The notes: generated by a model not told the origin, from the sequence alone. A DNA stretch of 53,704 bases from Gonapodya sp. JEL0774 (GCA_027604505.1 JADIIX010000069.1:62001-115704); one strand, 5' to 3'. Counted from the first letter of the stretch, positions 24,105-37,233 are shown. A program made the numbers and translations.

Positions 24105-27008
24105 CTATTCTTCCCCTTGTGCTTCAAGTGTTGACATTTGCCCCACCAGATCATCTTCTGCATCATCAATGAACACTGCCTCATAGTCCCGCACAAGCTC
24201 TTCCAGTATAGAAGAAAACCACGGTTGTGTCGGGTGTTGGAGGAACGCTTCCATGGAAAGGCTTTTGGCCGTGAAAGACGCTACAGTTTGCGGCCAAGTT
24301 CGAAAAGGAGACACGGGATGAAATCGTTGCGACACGTCCGCATATTCGTCGCTCGCTGGCCGAGGCTGAACCTGTCCTGCATCAAATACCACTACTTCAA
24401 TATCCTTTCCCATTTCACTGATAGCTCGCAGAAATGCATTTTCTCTCTCGGTCTTCCCTGCCTTTTCTCCTCTCCACATTTTGACTGAATATGGCTCACA
24501 GGTTGCGAAGCCAAATGCTTGCGCTCCAAGTGCCCAACACAGCCCCTTCACCACGTCTACCTGTGCAGCGTGAGATATCCGTAACACGTGGCCAAGGACT
24601 GCCTTGAGGTGAAGGTACTCAAAGCCTGTCACCTGTTGCCTAACGAGGTCCCGGAGAATGCGAGTGCGATTCTTTTCACTTGGGACGGTGTTCAAAATAT
24701 TATGCAGAGGATGCGCCAGGCTCTCTGGAATAAGTGGCTTTGGTAGAGAAAGGAGGTATGCGTGTGCTCGGAAAAGGTACCTGCACATGAGTCGGAGAGA
24801 CTCTCACAACACAGATACGGAAAACCAACTGAGCTCGCACCTACCCTGCCGCCTCCACTTCGTTCATTCTCCGGACGGGGTCATTGAATTCGAGGTCGCG
24901 AACGGTAGAGGCGAACTCATTTTCGAGGAGACGCTCCTCCCTCGTCACAAGCGCAACGAAGTCGTGAAGGAAGTCGAATCCGGACGAGATCGGTGCTGTT
25001 AAACCACACACGTGCAAGTTTTCAGGACAAAGCATGATGCCCGGGGAGTCTCAAGTGAGGAGCAGTAGAAGCTCACTATCGGGTTTACGTTCGACGTGTG
25101 GACTGTGTTCCATCCTGTACAATCCTGCAAACATCTTTTGTCGCTCCTCGGCACCGAGTGGGGGCTGCCACTTCCGTTTATCAAAGAGAGTGTGGATCCG
25201 GAGCTTTGGCGTCCGCGAGTGTGTGTTATCCCGTGGATGGATGTCCGATTCTTCTTCGCTTTCAAGAATTGGTTGCGATCTCAACCTCTTGAGCTCAAGC
25301 CACTGCAGACCAGAGCAAGACGGTGATGGCCAAACGTTCGCAGCTTCGGTGTAGATTCGACGATACTTACTCTTAAGTTCCTAACTCTCTCCCTATTTCG
25401 CAAGAATTCTTTCATTCGAATGAGATCCTCCAAAGTGGCTCTCCCCGGCGAGCGCCATGGAAGTCCCATCTGCAAACTGCTCCAAATCTCCCTCTCCATC
25501 ACCACTGCCTTCCTGAGATCCAAGCTGGATCCAACAATACCCGACCCTGTCAACTTTGATAGGAGTTGGTCATACTGCTTTGATGTGGGAAGAACTGAAG
25601 GACTGAATCTCGCCGCCGCTGACTTCTCCTCCGCTGCTGCCTCCGACGCCATGGATTCCGAAGATCGTCCATCAGAGCTACCTTCCCCAGGATTCAATCT
25701 CGGCGAGTTGAATGTATCTTGGCTTCCGAGGTGAGCGCTCGGCCGGGTCGAGAGAACTTGCTCGGACTGAGATGGCCGAGATGCAGATGACGAAAGAGAT
25801 TGGTCCGTGGCGTGACGGCGGCGATTTGACCTGTTGATCGTTGACACAGAGGAGGAAAGGTTGGTGGAGTTCACGGTGTCGATCGACCGAGCGCGTAGGT
25901 GCCGGGGATTGGAGAGTTTGGAGCCGGTGGGAGGGCCTGCAGGGGGTTTGGGAACTCTGTGGGGTTCGCCGTCAACGAATGCTGGAGGCTTTAGGGAGGA
26001 AGAGGGAATGTGCTGGTCGTAGGAGTAGATTTCGCAAACAGCAACCACGTTTTGAGATTCGCGGGCGACGTTGGTGGGGTGTGATGTTGTTTGCTGTTGA
26101 ATTGGACGCGGAATGGCTTGCGCCGAGATCGAGAACGTTTTATCCCTGTTCGGGGTTTGCGTGAGGTCCACGTCCCGATGAGTAGCTCCTTCCCATTCGC
26201 CATTATCGATTCGTCCGATGTCTTTTATGAGAGCGCGCTCTGATGAATAGGCTTTGGGAGAACCCTGGAGTCCATGGTCGCGGTCAGGAGGGGGGGATGA
26301 ACCTGGGACAGGAAGGGGCGGCACGGTGGGTTTGAACCCCCGCCTGGTCAAATCCGACACCAATCGATCCAGCTCAGCCCTTCTCTCCACTGTATCTGCT
26401 AGGCTCCTATTTTTGCTTCCGCTTTGGGGTCGCGGTCCCGCTCCCGCTCCCTCAATCTTTACGGTGGTTCCAGAGACTACTGGTAATCCGAGCCCACCAC
26501 CACCACCTCGGCCCTTGTGAAGAGATGCTAGCTCGACTGGTTCTGGCTCGTCGTTGACTGTGCGGGATCGTCGGTGAGATCGAGCGGACGTGATGGAGGG
26601 GAGGGATGTAGTGAGCTTTGGTAATGTTGGTGGCGGGGCGAGAGTTTGGATTCCCGTGGCGTGGGAGAGGGTCGCAGGTGTTGGGGAGTCAGGGTCATTG
26701 TCTACATCGGGAAGGACAGGTAACGGGTCCGCCAAGGTGCGGTGTTTTCTGCCAGAGAGAGTGAGGTCCAGCGTCGCCTTTGTATCAAAGGACCGTCGAC
26801 GAGCCCGGTGAGCGCTGTCGCTTCGGGCTCCCTTCATTCCGTCATCGATTCCCGATTGCATTGCCTGTTGGCTTGCGGCGAGAGTAGAGTCCGAGTCGGC
26901 CGGGTTCGCAAGATCTGTGCTGTCTCTCGTGGGGCCCGTTGAGGTCGGAGAGTCGGATCGAATACGGCGATGAGGTGGGAAGAAGGACGTTGACGAGATT
27001 GTGGACAT
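24105..27008 (-). CDS. Protein with long S/P-rich N-terminus and a divergent C-terminal RhoGAP-like domain
   Basis: ORF 25281..27068 splices in frame to exons carrying FAGLYRME (arginine-finger-like GLYR), EVEAAGYLFRAHAYLLSLPKPLIP and RILRDLV..LHLKAVLGHVLRI. The first in-frame ATG is at 27008; an upstream exon is possible. Confidence 0.65.
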
Positions 27009-28849
27009 GGACGATCCTTGAGTGCTTTTGGGTTCTAACTCGGATCTCCTCTCAAATTCGTCTATCAAACAGATTCTTGGGATTTTTTAGTTATGTTGTT
27101 CCTCGCCCTGAAGACTGTATATGACAATGACTTTTTTCCCGCTGCGTTGACAACTTTGGAAAAAGCTTGATCAGATGTTTTGTACGGAGTCTGAGCGTGC
27201 GAAGCTGTGTGAAGAACGACAAACATTCGCGATCACTTCACAGTGTCAGGGCGAAGTGAATCAGAAAAATGCCAGCGATGATCGACGACAAAGAAACTGC
27301 TTAGTGATGGCGGGTGTTCGCCTTCGTGAAGTATTCACATTTGAAATGTGGAAGTAGTAGGTCAAAAGGGGCATTGTGCACCATAGAACAGTAACTGAGT
27401 TTCGCACGCTTTGATAGACCGTTGTTACCAGAAGCGAAGCAGAAGAGAGTTCTAGTGTACCTCCCTGTATGACCTCCGGAGAGCCGTTGGACGGACCTGG
27501 CGACTGCCTGGATATGAAGTATGTGTGGTTCAAACCAGCCCTACCTGATGTCTCTCTTGGCTAAGTCTAAGCTTTGACACCATATAGTAATATGCATCAT
27601 GACAGGAAGTGACGAGCTGGTGCAAATGTATTACGACAGAGGTGATGTTCTGGTAATGTTGGGGTCACCCTCTCGCGGTTGGGCGCTGATCTTGAGATTT
27701 CTCGACCCTAGCAGTTTATTCAAGCAGTATTGATGGTGAGCTTAACAGTATTTGAGAAAAAGAACAAGTCTTCTTTTACGCGCACAGTCCGCTGACATGC
27801 TGCTGGATGTGCCTGCACGAAATTTTCTCCGTCTTCACCCATGCCAGGGAACGAGCGTTCCACCGTGCGCTAGACGAGAATTCAGCAGTCTTTCTTCAAT
27901 TCCTCTCGGAGCATGATTACATAATGCTTTCCTTTCGGGCTCGACATCCTTTCCGCAGTCTTCAGAGGAGTTCATGGCTTCAACAGTCGCTCACACTGGA
28001 GGTTGCCGAGACCATTGTCGAGTGACAGCTCTACAGGAGATTATTCTTTTCACTGGCAAGACTTCAGTGGGCGAGCGTTCAAGTTGTCCCACGTGGGGAG
28101 GGTGAAATAGGCGGTCACTTCCACTCTGCCCTGCAAACTTTTTGCATCATCCTACTCTCCATTCTTTTGCAATCTTGCATCCCAACTCCGTTTCTGCTTC
28201 GTCCGCAGCAATCACTGCCATTTGATGTGATGGCTGAACGATTCTTCTTGCGAAACAGAAGGCTTTGAGTACAGTGTTTCACTCACTCCAACCTGCATAA
28301 CCGCAATCACGAGGAATACGAGAACCAACACCAGTGATGAGTTCTTCGCTCCTTCGCTACTCGGGCTATGTCTGTGCCCGACACCTTCTCCCCCATGGAG
28401 TCGCGCACCTGGTGAATTGCCCAAGACTGAAGCACACACGCCCGTTGAGCTTTGCAGCATTCATCCCGGAGGGGGTCGGATGCTCGCCTACTGTGTCAGG
28501 CTCCTCGTCCCTCTTTTAGGATGGCGCCTGGTCTGGTAGTTCGGAGACATACAAAGCGGCTTTCTTCTCACAAACAAAACGTTGGGAATTCTTGCCACAG
28601 CTTTCCAACGCTCTATCCTCCTATTTTCGAAATTTGTCAGTGTTTGGAACTATATCGTTCGTTTTCAATAAACTGCATGTTTCGGTCGCGACCCTCTCGC
28701 ATCCGTCGAAACCAAAACAAGACTTGGGGCAAGAGCACCACTCTTTTGTTCCAACAGGGCCCCAGAGCACGTGCTTGCGAGGCGTTAGTGGTCAAGCCGT
28801 ACCGTTGGTTCCCTTACTGTGTAGACTCGGCGTTCCCTCATCCTGCTTG

Positions 28850-29760
28850 ATTGTGAAGATAACTATGAGTTTGCCAACAACACTGCTGAAGTTGTCTTCT
28901 CAAGCTCTTCTGAATATGCTTGCTCCCTTGCTTAGCACTGGAATCAGCAATGGTGCAACGTAACACAACTTACGAAAAACGACGGGGCGACCTTTGAAGC
29001 CCGACTATTGTACTTGAGCTGCGACAAACTTTGAAACCTTGCAGTTGTGGGTCCTTATGTATTTTAATAGCCGGGGGTGACTGCTATACCAGACATAGAG
29101 TAAGTCATAGGCCATGTTGCTGTATTCCAGTGCCACAGACTTTTGGACCAGCATCTTACCTTGTACAAGTGTGACATACATGTTGACCGACCTCAAGGAA
29201 GGTATCAACATGTGCTTCAATGCGTTTGGCATGAGGTCGGTCAATATGTCAGTCGCACTAGTAGAGGGTAATTTGAGGGGTTGCATGTGGCATGTTGGTC
29301 TTTGGATGGAATTGAAAGATTGTCCGTTACCTTGTTCGAGCCAACATCCATACCGCCCATGGACGTCCATCAAGTACATCGTGGTGTGAATTTGCAGGTT
29401 CTGCTAAATCAATTGGAGAGAACAATGAGTCCATGTCCATGTTTCCACCTTCTCTAAAGCTTTGATGTATGTCCTTTGAATCGCAATATATAGGTGTTTT
29501 AGCTTTTGGGATTATGCCGAGTGATTACTATGCTAGAGCCCGCCACCAAGGTCATTGGGGATTTCGACTGTCCTTTCATATGCAGGAAGGTGATGGATGC
29601 AGTGACCAATGTCGCACATCTTGTTATCTGGGTAGTGGTAGTCGGTATTGCAAAGTTCTGGCTTCGAAGTGGGTGTTGGGTCGGAATTACAACCAAGTAT
29701 ATGAAGAGTACGCTTCCTTATTCTTCAACCGTTTGCCCCTCACCTCTCGCTGCAGCGTCA
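28850..29760. mobile_element. Possible decayed transposon or pseudogene relic
   Basis: Frames are stop-riddled and the sequence is CpG-poor and TG/CA-rich. There is a weak integrase-like QPLKLPSTSATDILTDL on the minus strand. No LTR or TIR was found. Confidence 0.25.
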
Positions 29761-29966
29761 GATAGCTTGTTGCTGACTCAAGTGGCACATGAACTCTCAG
29801 CCAGGTCTGGCTGTTTCCCGGACTCGCAAACGCCGCCGCGAACAGTGTTACGCAAACCTTTTCGGGGGAACAAAGACTGGGAGTAGCGGATGGAACAGCA
29901 CCATATCGTGCCTACAGAAATTTTGAAACTACCTAATGCGAAGTAATTGTGCGGGCAAAATAAATT

Positions 29967-30054
29967 CACGTGTTTTGGTTGCGAGGCAAGGCAGCGAGTC
30001 TTCAGGTGAGGGGCAGAGGCGAGGCAACTGTTACTGTGTTTTTTCACGTGAAAA
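29967..30054. promoter_or_regulatory. Two CACGTG E-boxes upstream of the bHLH gene
   Basis: TCACGTG with core at 29967-29972, and the 14-bp palindrome TTTTCACGTGAAAA at 30041-30054. Confidence 0.45.
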
Positions 30055-30124
30055 CCTGACTGGGCGAAAGACGACGGAGGCGGAGGAAAATTCTGTCAAG
30101 CGGAATTTGGAAGGGAGGTGAGCT

Positions 30125-30151
30125 TGGCTAGAATGATTGGCATTCTAGCCA
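30125..30151. repeat. Perfect inverted repeat (11-bp stem, 5-nt loop)
   Basis: tggctagaatg-attgg-cattctagcca. Confidence 0.85.
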
Positions 30152-30445
30152 GAACGGGGGACATTTCATAGCAGTTTCGATGGGCAAACGTGGATGAAGT
30201 GGCAGTAACGGGGGACACGCGGAATCGAGGGACACCGAGACGGGAGACACATGATCAAACTAGAAAAGAAACGCCAAAGTGAAGGATAGGAAATTTCTCT
30301 AAGGGCTGGAGGGCTTTCTGCTTGTTTTGCCGTCGTGGTTACGATTTGTCTCCGTTCCGATTTGTTGGACGACTTCAAAAGCTTTCTTCGACATACACAT
30401 GGAAACTACTACTTTTAAACGTTAAATTTTGGGTGTCAAGGAACC

Positions 30446-33400
30446 ATGATTCCATCGCCCTCCTACTCAGGGGAGGACGGCTCACCGTCAAAAGAAACCC
30501 ACTACTTTCTAAATTCTTCGCGACTACAAATCACCACTCCAACGCAGTCCCCATTCCGATCACAGTCCTCTATCTCATCCCCCTCCTTTTCTCATCTGGG
30601 TTCGGTTTTGGCGCAGTCGCACGGTCTCAATCAGAAGCAAACCATTACCCCGCCGTCCACAGTGCCACTGCAGAACCGCACCCAGCACGGTGTTGTCTTG
30701 TTTCCGGAAATGGTGGACTCTGGAGTTGATCAGACTGACCAAGACTCATATAAGGGTGCGTGGTCTTTGTTTGCGTGATTTTAAATTTGAGAACTTGATT
30801 ATCAGACGCGGCGTCGCGATATGTTGCGACTCCCACGTACGTACTCCTAACCGACCACTCCATCTTACTCTAGCCGATTGGTCTTTCCTCTCCGATGCTT
30901 ACCTGTCCATCCCGACATATCCTTCCTCCGCATCCCCCTTCCCTCATTCCGTGTCAACACCCTCGCCTATACGGGGAGCATCTTCCCCTTTACCATTGCG
31001 GTCAACGTCGGGTGGTTCTGGAGCCGCAGGTGCAGGTGGTATCGGTGCTGTGGGAGGTGGTGCGCCTTACAACATCGCCCTCCACACTCCGCACACAACA
31101 CCTAATGGTACGTCGCTGGCAGGCGGCGGAAGTGGTGGGCCTGGTGCCTCTACTGCCCACCAGCAATCACTCGACGTTCAGCGGAACCCGCACATACCCC
31201 AGAACCCTCCCCTCCCCTACGACTTCTCTCGGCCTTTTGAGCTCGACCCTCTGAACCCAGACATGGATTTCAATTTTGATTTAGATTTTGACCTGGACCT
31301 GGATCTTGGGTCTCCGTTTGCACCCGATGATGCAAACACCATATTCTTACCAGAGGATAGGGCGTTGCTGGATGGATGGCTCGCTGCGGTGGATGGGGAT
31401 CGTGGAGGAGGCCCCGGGGGACCTGGATTAGGTGGGAATCGGAGCGCCCGTGGGACTGGAAGAGTTATGGTAGGCGAGGGAAGGGACCAAGCGGTCAGAC
31501 CTTCGGAACAACAGAGCGACACCTCTCAAGCGGTCAGACCTTCGGAACAACAGAGCGACACCTCTCATCACAACGGGCCACCACTGTTGCCGTCAATGGA
31601 CGCGTCGACATCCGCATCCATATACCCTCAGGCCCAGCCTTCAGTTCCCCAATCGACCCTTATTACTCCCACGGTCGCTTCACAGAGTCAAAGGTTGTCC
31701 GACTCAACGTCAACAACCATCGCCGTATCCACCCCATCCACCACCAAGTCCGCGTTGCAGGCATCGTGGAACGCCTTCGCGAGTTACCTCCCTCGGCCTT
31801 CTGCACAACCACTTCAGCAACCTTCAGACGCTTTGCTCCCGTTTGTACCGATGCCATTTCCTTCCATATCGACATCTGCGTCTCTTTCCCCGCCATTCAC
31901 TACCATCGCCACATCACCTCAAAATTTGTCAATGTCCCGTTCACAACAACTACCATTGCTTTCTCCTCTCGACCATCTCAAAATTCCCGTGAATCCTAGT
32001 ACCGACGCAGTTTGGAGTGGGTTATCCGCGGCCCCTTCAAACGCCCTGACGAATCCAAATCTGTCGGAAACGAATCGCCAATCCAATCCAAATCTGCCGG
32101 AGACGAATCGCCAATTGAATCCAAATCCGCTGCCCAACCTCTATCAATACACCCCTCCACAACCCATTCCGACACCGATTCCGGCATTTTCTTCGTTTCC
32201 GTGGGCAGGCATGGCCCCTGGTCGCACAGAACCGCAATCTCATTCCAGCGCGTTTGACCACCCCACCGCCACATCACCATATCTTCTTCATCGATCCCGC
32301 CATCCCAGCTCACTCGAGCCTACAACCGAACCACCTACGTCTACATCGCTACATGATCACCCTCCACTGCTTTCATCGGACCCCCGAAATGGTCAGCATA
32401 CCATGCAGACATTTCCGTATCACACCTTTGAACTCGAACCCGCAGAGTTCGGATACTACAGTGGGGGATCAGCTGGTTATACAGGGAACGGTAATGCTAC
32501 ATTTGCTGGGCGCTTGGCTGGGGTTGCAGAGGAGGGCCGCGGTGAATCTTCTGCAATTGGGCAAGCTGGGGGATATGAAGTTCAAGGACAGAATCAGGAC
32601 CAGGACCAGAACATTAACGGGGATCTTGGAGTTCCTATACCAGTAGGTCATGATTCGGTCTCGGATTGGGGTGGGGCATTCGGTATTCGGATTGGTGCAA
32701 GAGCCGCCACAGCTGATTCGAAGGGATGGTCAAATGCGCCTTCCAATGGCGGTGCTTCACAGGGCATTAAAGTGGAAACGGAACTTGAAGGAACGATGGA
32801 GTTTAACCCTATTCTGGGCCGTGAAGTGTTTGAAAATCAGCGGCCGCAGCAACGGACCCAGCCGTTACAACCACTGTCTCAACTAGGGCACCCAGTGCAC
32901 AGTGCCACGCCTGAATTTGCAATGACCGGTTTTCGTCGGAAATCTGCTGCTGAAGTACCCCAAAATCCCTCGAGAAAGCCGCGTGGACGAGCTAGCAATG
33001 GTGCCGGTCTGTCCCAACAATCTGTGCAATCATCATTGACATCCGAGTCAGCTTCTATTGGTGATTCCGCAACTACTGGCTCGCTAACATCCACTACCAC
33101 CTCTGTAGCTCGCAGCCGTGCTGCACCCGCCCCGCGCTCTCTCCTGACGGCCGCTCAAAAGCGTGAGAACCACATCCTTTCCGAAAAGAAACGACGCGAA
33201 ACTCTAGCGCTAGCGTTCACTTCACTTTGCGCCCGGGTCCCTGGCCTGCGGAATCCTAGTCGTGGGAAACCCAAAGGTACAGCGGGTGTTGCCGGGAGCA
33301 GCAAAGCTGCTGTACTGAGGCAAACCGTGGCATATGTCCGGAGGGTTGGCGACGAAGTCGAGGAACTGCGGAGGGAAGAGACTATGTTGAGAGATGCGTG

Positions 33401-33776
33401 TGCGAGGGCAGGGATTGCAATCGTCGAAGAGAACTTTCCTATTCCGGCAAAGATAGTTCCTGGGCAAAATGTGCAGGTGGGAGGTGACGACAATGCCTGG
33501 GAAAGTGACCCAGGCGAGGGAAAAGGGGGGGTGAATTCAAATAAGCCGAGGAGTTCGAGGACTGAAGAGGGCTTCTCTGAATCGGAGTCTGATGGAGAAG
33601 GCGACGGGGACTGGGGATTGCCGAGGGCCGCGAAGAGGAAGAAAAAAGGGGGCTTGAGTAGGGGCCGGAGTGGTGCAGGGAAACGGCCCAGGGTCAGTAA
33701 AACTCAAGTTACTTCTGCGAACAACAGGGAGACTTTCGGTGACGAACTGATTGGAGCGACATCAGAGGATGGATGA
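30446..33776 (+). CDS. bHLH(-zip) transcription factor, INO2/INO4- or MLX-like
   Basis: Exon 1 30446-30755, intron 30756-30873. bHLH: LLTAAQKRENHILSEKKRRETLALAFTSLCARVPGL..SKAAVLRQTVAYVRRV..EELRREE..LR. Also an acidic-hydrophobic DFNFDLDFDLDLDL segment and a basic NLS-like KRKKK. Confidence 0.9.
31488..31565 (+). repeat. In-frame perfect 39-bp tandem duplication (QAVRPSEQQSDTS x2)
   Basis: caagcggtcagaccttcggaacaacagagcgacacctct occurs twice in tandem. Confidence 0.9.
32052..32127 (+). repeat. In-frame imperfect 33-bp tandem repeat (NPNLSETNRQS/NPNLPETNRQL/NPN)
   Basis: The unit aatccaaatctg.cgga.acgaatcgccaat is repeated about 2.3 times. Confidence 0.85.
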
Positions 33777-34007
33777 GGTGGCTCAGGTGGAGCCGTGTAT
33801 ATTCAATTTTTGACTTGCGTCTCAAGGACTTTGACGACTCTATCCGTTGTAACACTGTGAATATTATCAGAGCACGAAGCATCCATTTCGTATTTGAATC
33901 TTGGCGTCCCTAGTGCGTGACTGCGCGCGGCAAACCGTCGTTTATTTAAGAGCTGAAGAAAGAGCATAATTAATCTATAGTGACTATTAAACAGTGCAAA
34001 TTCGATG

Positions 34008-35535
34008 CTATCCCAGTAATCTTGCAACGTCCACCTCTTTTGCCGTGAGCTCGACAACGGGATCCTCTATCACTTTTCTGCACTCCACCAATTTCAGTTC
34101 TGCAAATCTCATTTGCTCCTTCCTGTTCGCTTGCCTTGACTCTCTTTCGATCCCTCTTAACGCAGCTTCATACCGTGCCGAAGTCACCTTGAGCACCGCC
34201 TGCGTTGTGGCTAGCGCGAGTTCGCATGCCGATCGAAGAGCAGCTGAGGGTATAGCGTGGGAAAAGTCCATGCGCGCAGACAGTAGGCCAGCAAACAGGT
34301 CACCCGTGCCGACAAAGTACCCGTCGAGTTTGGGAAAGCGGAGGCAGAAGACCTCATCGTTGACCGGTGAGGAAGACTGTGTCGTGTCGGTGGAGGAATC
34401 GACGTGGTTTGGCGATCGTGCTGTTGCAAGAGTAGCTCGCGTGGACCCAATAAGGTAGAGCCACTGCGAAGCGGTGGTTCCGTCCGATGGCCAGAGGTCC
34501 GGAACACCAACGGATAGTTCGATGCTGGTGACGACGACGTGGGGTACACCGAGGCCGTGGATACGACGGATAGCAGATAGGACGGAAGGAAACGACGTGA
34601 GGGGGTCGGGAGATTGGGAGAGAAGTCTGCGATACAAGGGTTTCGTGATAGATTGCGCGTTGTGGTGGCGCAAGGGTTTCATTATAGAATATGCATTGCG
34701 GTTGGGAAGGCGATCATCATGGACGATTGAAATTAGTTCATCAAATGTAGCATCCGAGAAGTGGGAAAATCTTCGCGACAACATACTGTGTTTCGAATCC
34801 GTTGGGTGTCACCAAACTTGCAAGTGGGGCTAGTTGCTCACGGTACAATGTCACCATCTCCTGCGGCACGTACAACTTTCCCTCATCACCCATCACAGGA
34901 TCTAATACTGGGGGTAGGAGACATTAAACGGCATGAATGGCCATGTGAGAATGAGCAAGGGGGGACACAACCTCTTGAACTCACCGAAATGGAGGTTCGG
35001 GTTTGTCACTCTCAATTTCTGAAGTATTTCAACGATTGCTGGTCCATTTCCAGGCACGCCCAGATACCCTTGCGTGAGCAAGAGTTGTGTTCATTGTGGA
35101 ATGAGGTTCTTCAATTTTAGGTTTCTCCACCACGACGGCAGCATAACAACTCTCTTGTGCGCACCTGTCAGCAGATGCGTGTACCCCTTTGTCAGCCCGT
35201 TCAGTTCCAGGCCTGCAAAGAGGCTCGCGACTTGCTCTGGTGTATACCGGTCACCCTTCCATTGACCATATCCTGTTCGATTGGCCAAGGACAAATGGTG
35301 AGCATTCCAGTAACACTAAGCACAGGGAGACCCGCTTTTGCATCGAATCTATCCCTCATCGCCCCCAACGAGGACCCGCACCGGTATGATTTGACAGCTG
35401 GACGGTGTTGAGCACGTCGACTTCGAATCCGAGGAGCTGGAGGGGAAAAGTCGCTGCGCGGTTACCCACGTAGCCAGACACGACATGCGATTGGATCGAG
35501 AGAATGCGAGGTGGGGATGGGGGGAGCTCGGCCAT
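34008..35535 (-). CDS. PDXK: Pyridoxal kinase (PfkB/ribokinase family), BUD16-like
   Basis: Motifs: [85 protein letters not shown]. Confidence 0.95.
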
Positions 35536-37233
35536 CGGCGCGGGGAAAGTGGATTTCGATTTCGATTTTATGGGGTAGTGGCCGGAATTATTTCTCTCCT
35601 TATCCCGCCAACCCTGTCCTGGAGGAAGGTTCCCATTGTACACATACTCAATAGTTGTAATTGTAGTTTCGACACAGTGCCTGACTCTAAGCCTTGATCT
35701 TTTCTCTTAGTCGTGGGTTGGAGGGCAACAGGTGCGCTGCTGCGCGACAAGGGAGATGAACAAGGGATAACCCAAAATACATGCAACTATTCATTTAATT
35801 CAGTCCAGTTGTGCCAAAGGATTCGACGGAGTGGTCAGCAGGACGGCTGGATATTACAAAGAGTGAGCTGGCTCGCCGAAGGAGAACCTGCAACAACCAA
35901 CTGTGCGAGGGAAGAAATCAAAAATTATCGAATAGTGGTGGAATTCTTGTCTGTCTTCTATATGGTAATTGATGAAATATTCTCGGAGGTTTTCATATTT
36001 GAATTATGCACATCTATCTCTGGCACTGAACAAGCCTGGAAGGGAAAGTTTCAACCACAATCCAAAACGCGAACAAACACTCAATTTTGGCCGGCAGCGT
36101 CAGTAGTCCCGGTGAGCATAAATATGATGCCACTGTGAGTGCAGCCGAGTGTTCACTGACCGTCATTCCCCTCTTTTGGGCGCAATTTAGATGTTCACTT
36201 CCGCGTTGCGCCGGCGCGTCAAATTTCGTGGAGGAAGGAGGGACCGGTCGGCAGGGTGCTTCAATATCACTGCAGGTTCAATGCTCAAAGGGGTGGGTGG
36301 ATGTAAGCAGTCCACGAGCCTGTTGGACGTGTAGTGTTGCATAATGTCTTCGACATCTAGATTCTGTGCCGGCGAAAGGCTCGCCTCCAAGTATTTTCAT
36401 TTCTCGGCAACGGTATGTTGACTGTGCATCTTTCGAATCATTTGAAGTAATACTTGTTAAACTTTACCTCCCGATTCCTGTAATTCGCAGACTCAGCATT
36501 GAAAGGGCTTGGGAGTCATGGATCGGGATGGCTATCTCATCAGAGACAGTAGACAGTGGGTAGGAAACGGTCCAGAAGGGGCGCACTTAGTGTCGCTCCG
36601 GGACTGTGCTGGTTTGTTGAGTTGAGCGCGCGAGCATGTAAAGCGACTCGGTGCGCATTGTTGCGTTATGCGTATGCTGCAACACGCCTTCAAACGTCTC
36701 CCTCGCCATTACAGCATGAAAACTATTGACTTATACGTAGAAATTGTACGCGGAGACATGGGCTGATCCCCATGCGAATATATTTCTGTAATATACTCAA
36801 TAGCTATGTTGATCATTGCTGATTCCAACTGCGACGTGGGTTTGTTTTCGCAACAGTAATGGCTCACCTGCCTTCGAATACATTCTAAACGCGGATGTTA
36901 GCTGGTCCGAAATGAAACATGACATGTAATGGATCAGTCGAATGCTTGTCGCTGGAATGGTTTATGGGAGACAACGTATGAGTGGTTGTCGTCATTATCC
37001 CAGGACAAGAATCTCCCTCAGGTAAAATTTGATTTCCAGCACGGTGTTAGAAAACTACGTGAAGACGAAGTTGGTTCATTCTGCCAGTCAAATGTCTTGC
37101 CCTAGTCCTTCGGATTTTAATGGCATTATTCATCAAGAAAAGGTTGCAGATCGACAAAGCCACTAAGCGTAGTCTAATCAAAATGTCTAGAAAGTCACCT
37201 TCGGCTCTCACATTGCATTCTAGAATTTTGTTC

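Noticed and set aside
27980..28080. F-box-like SLTLEVAETIVE*QLYRRLF with an internal stop
   Set aside because: The similarity is too weak and short to call a pseudogene.
30125..30175. Hairpin as a Helitron 3' end
   Set aside because: No CTRR terminus at the expected distance on either strand and no Rep/helicase remnants.
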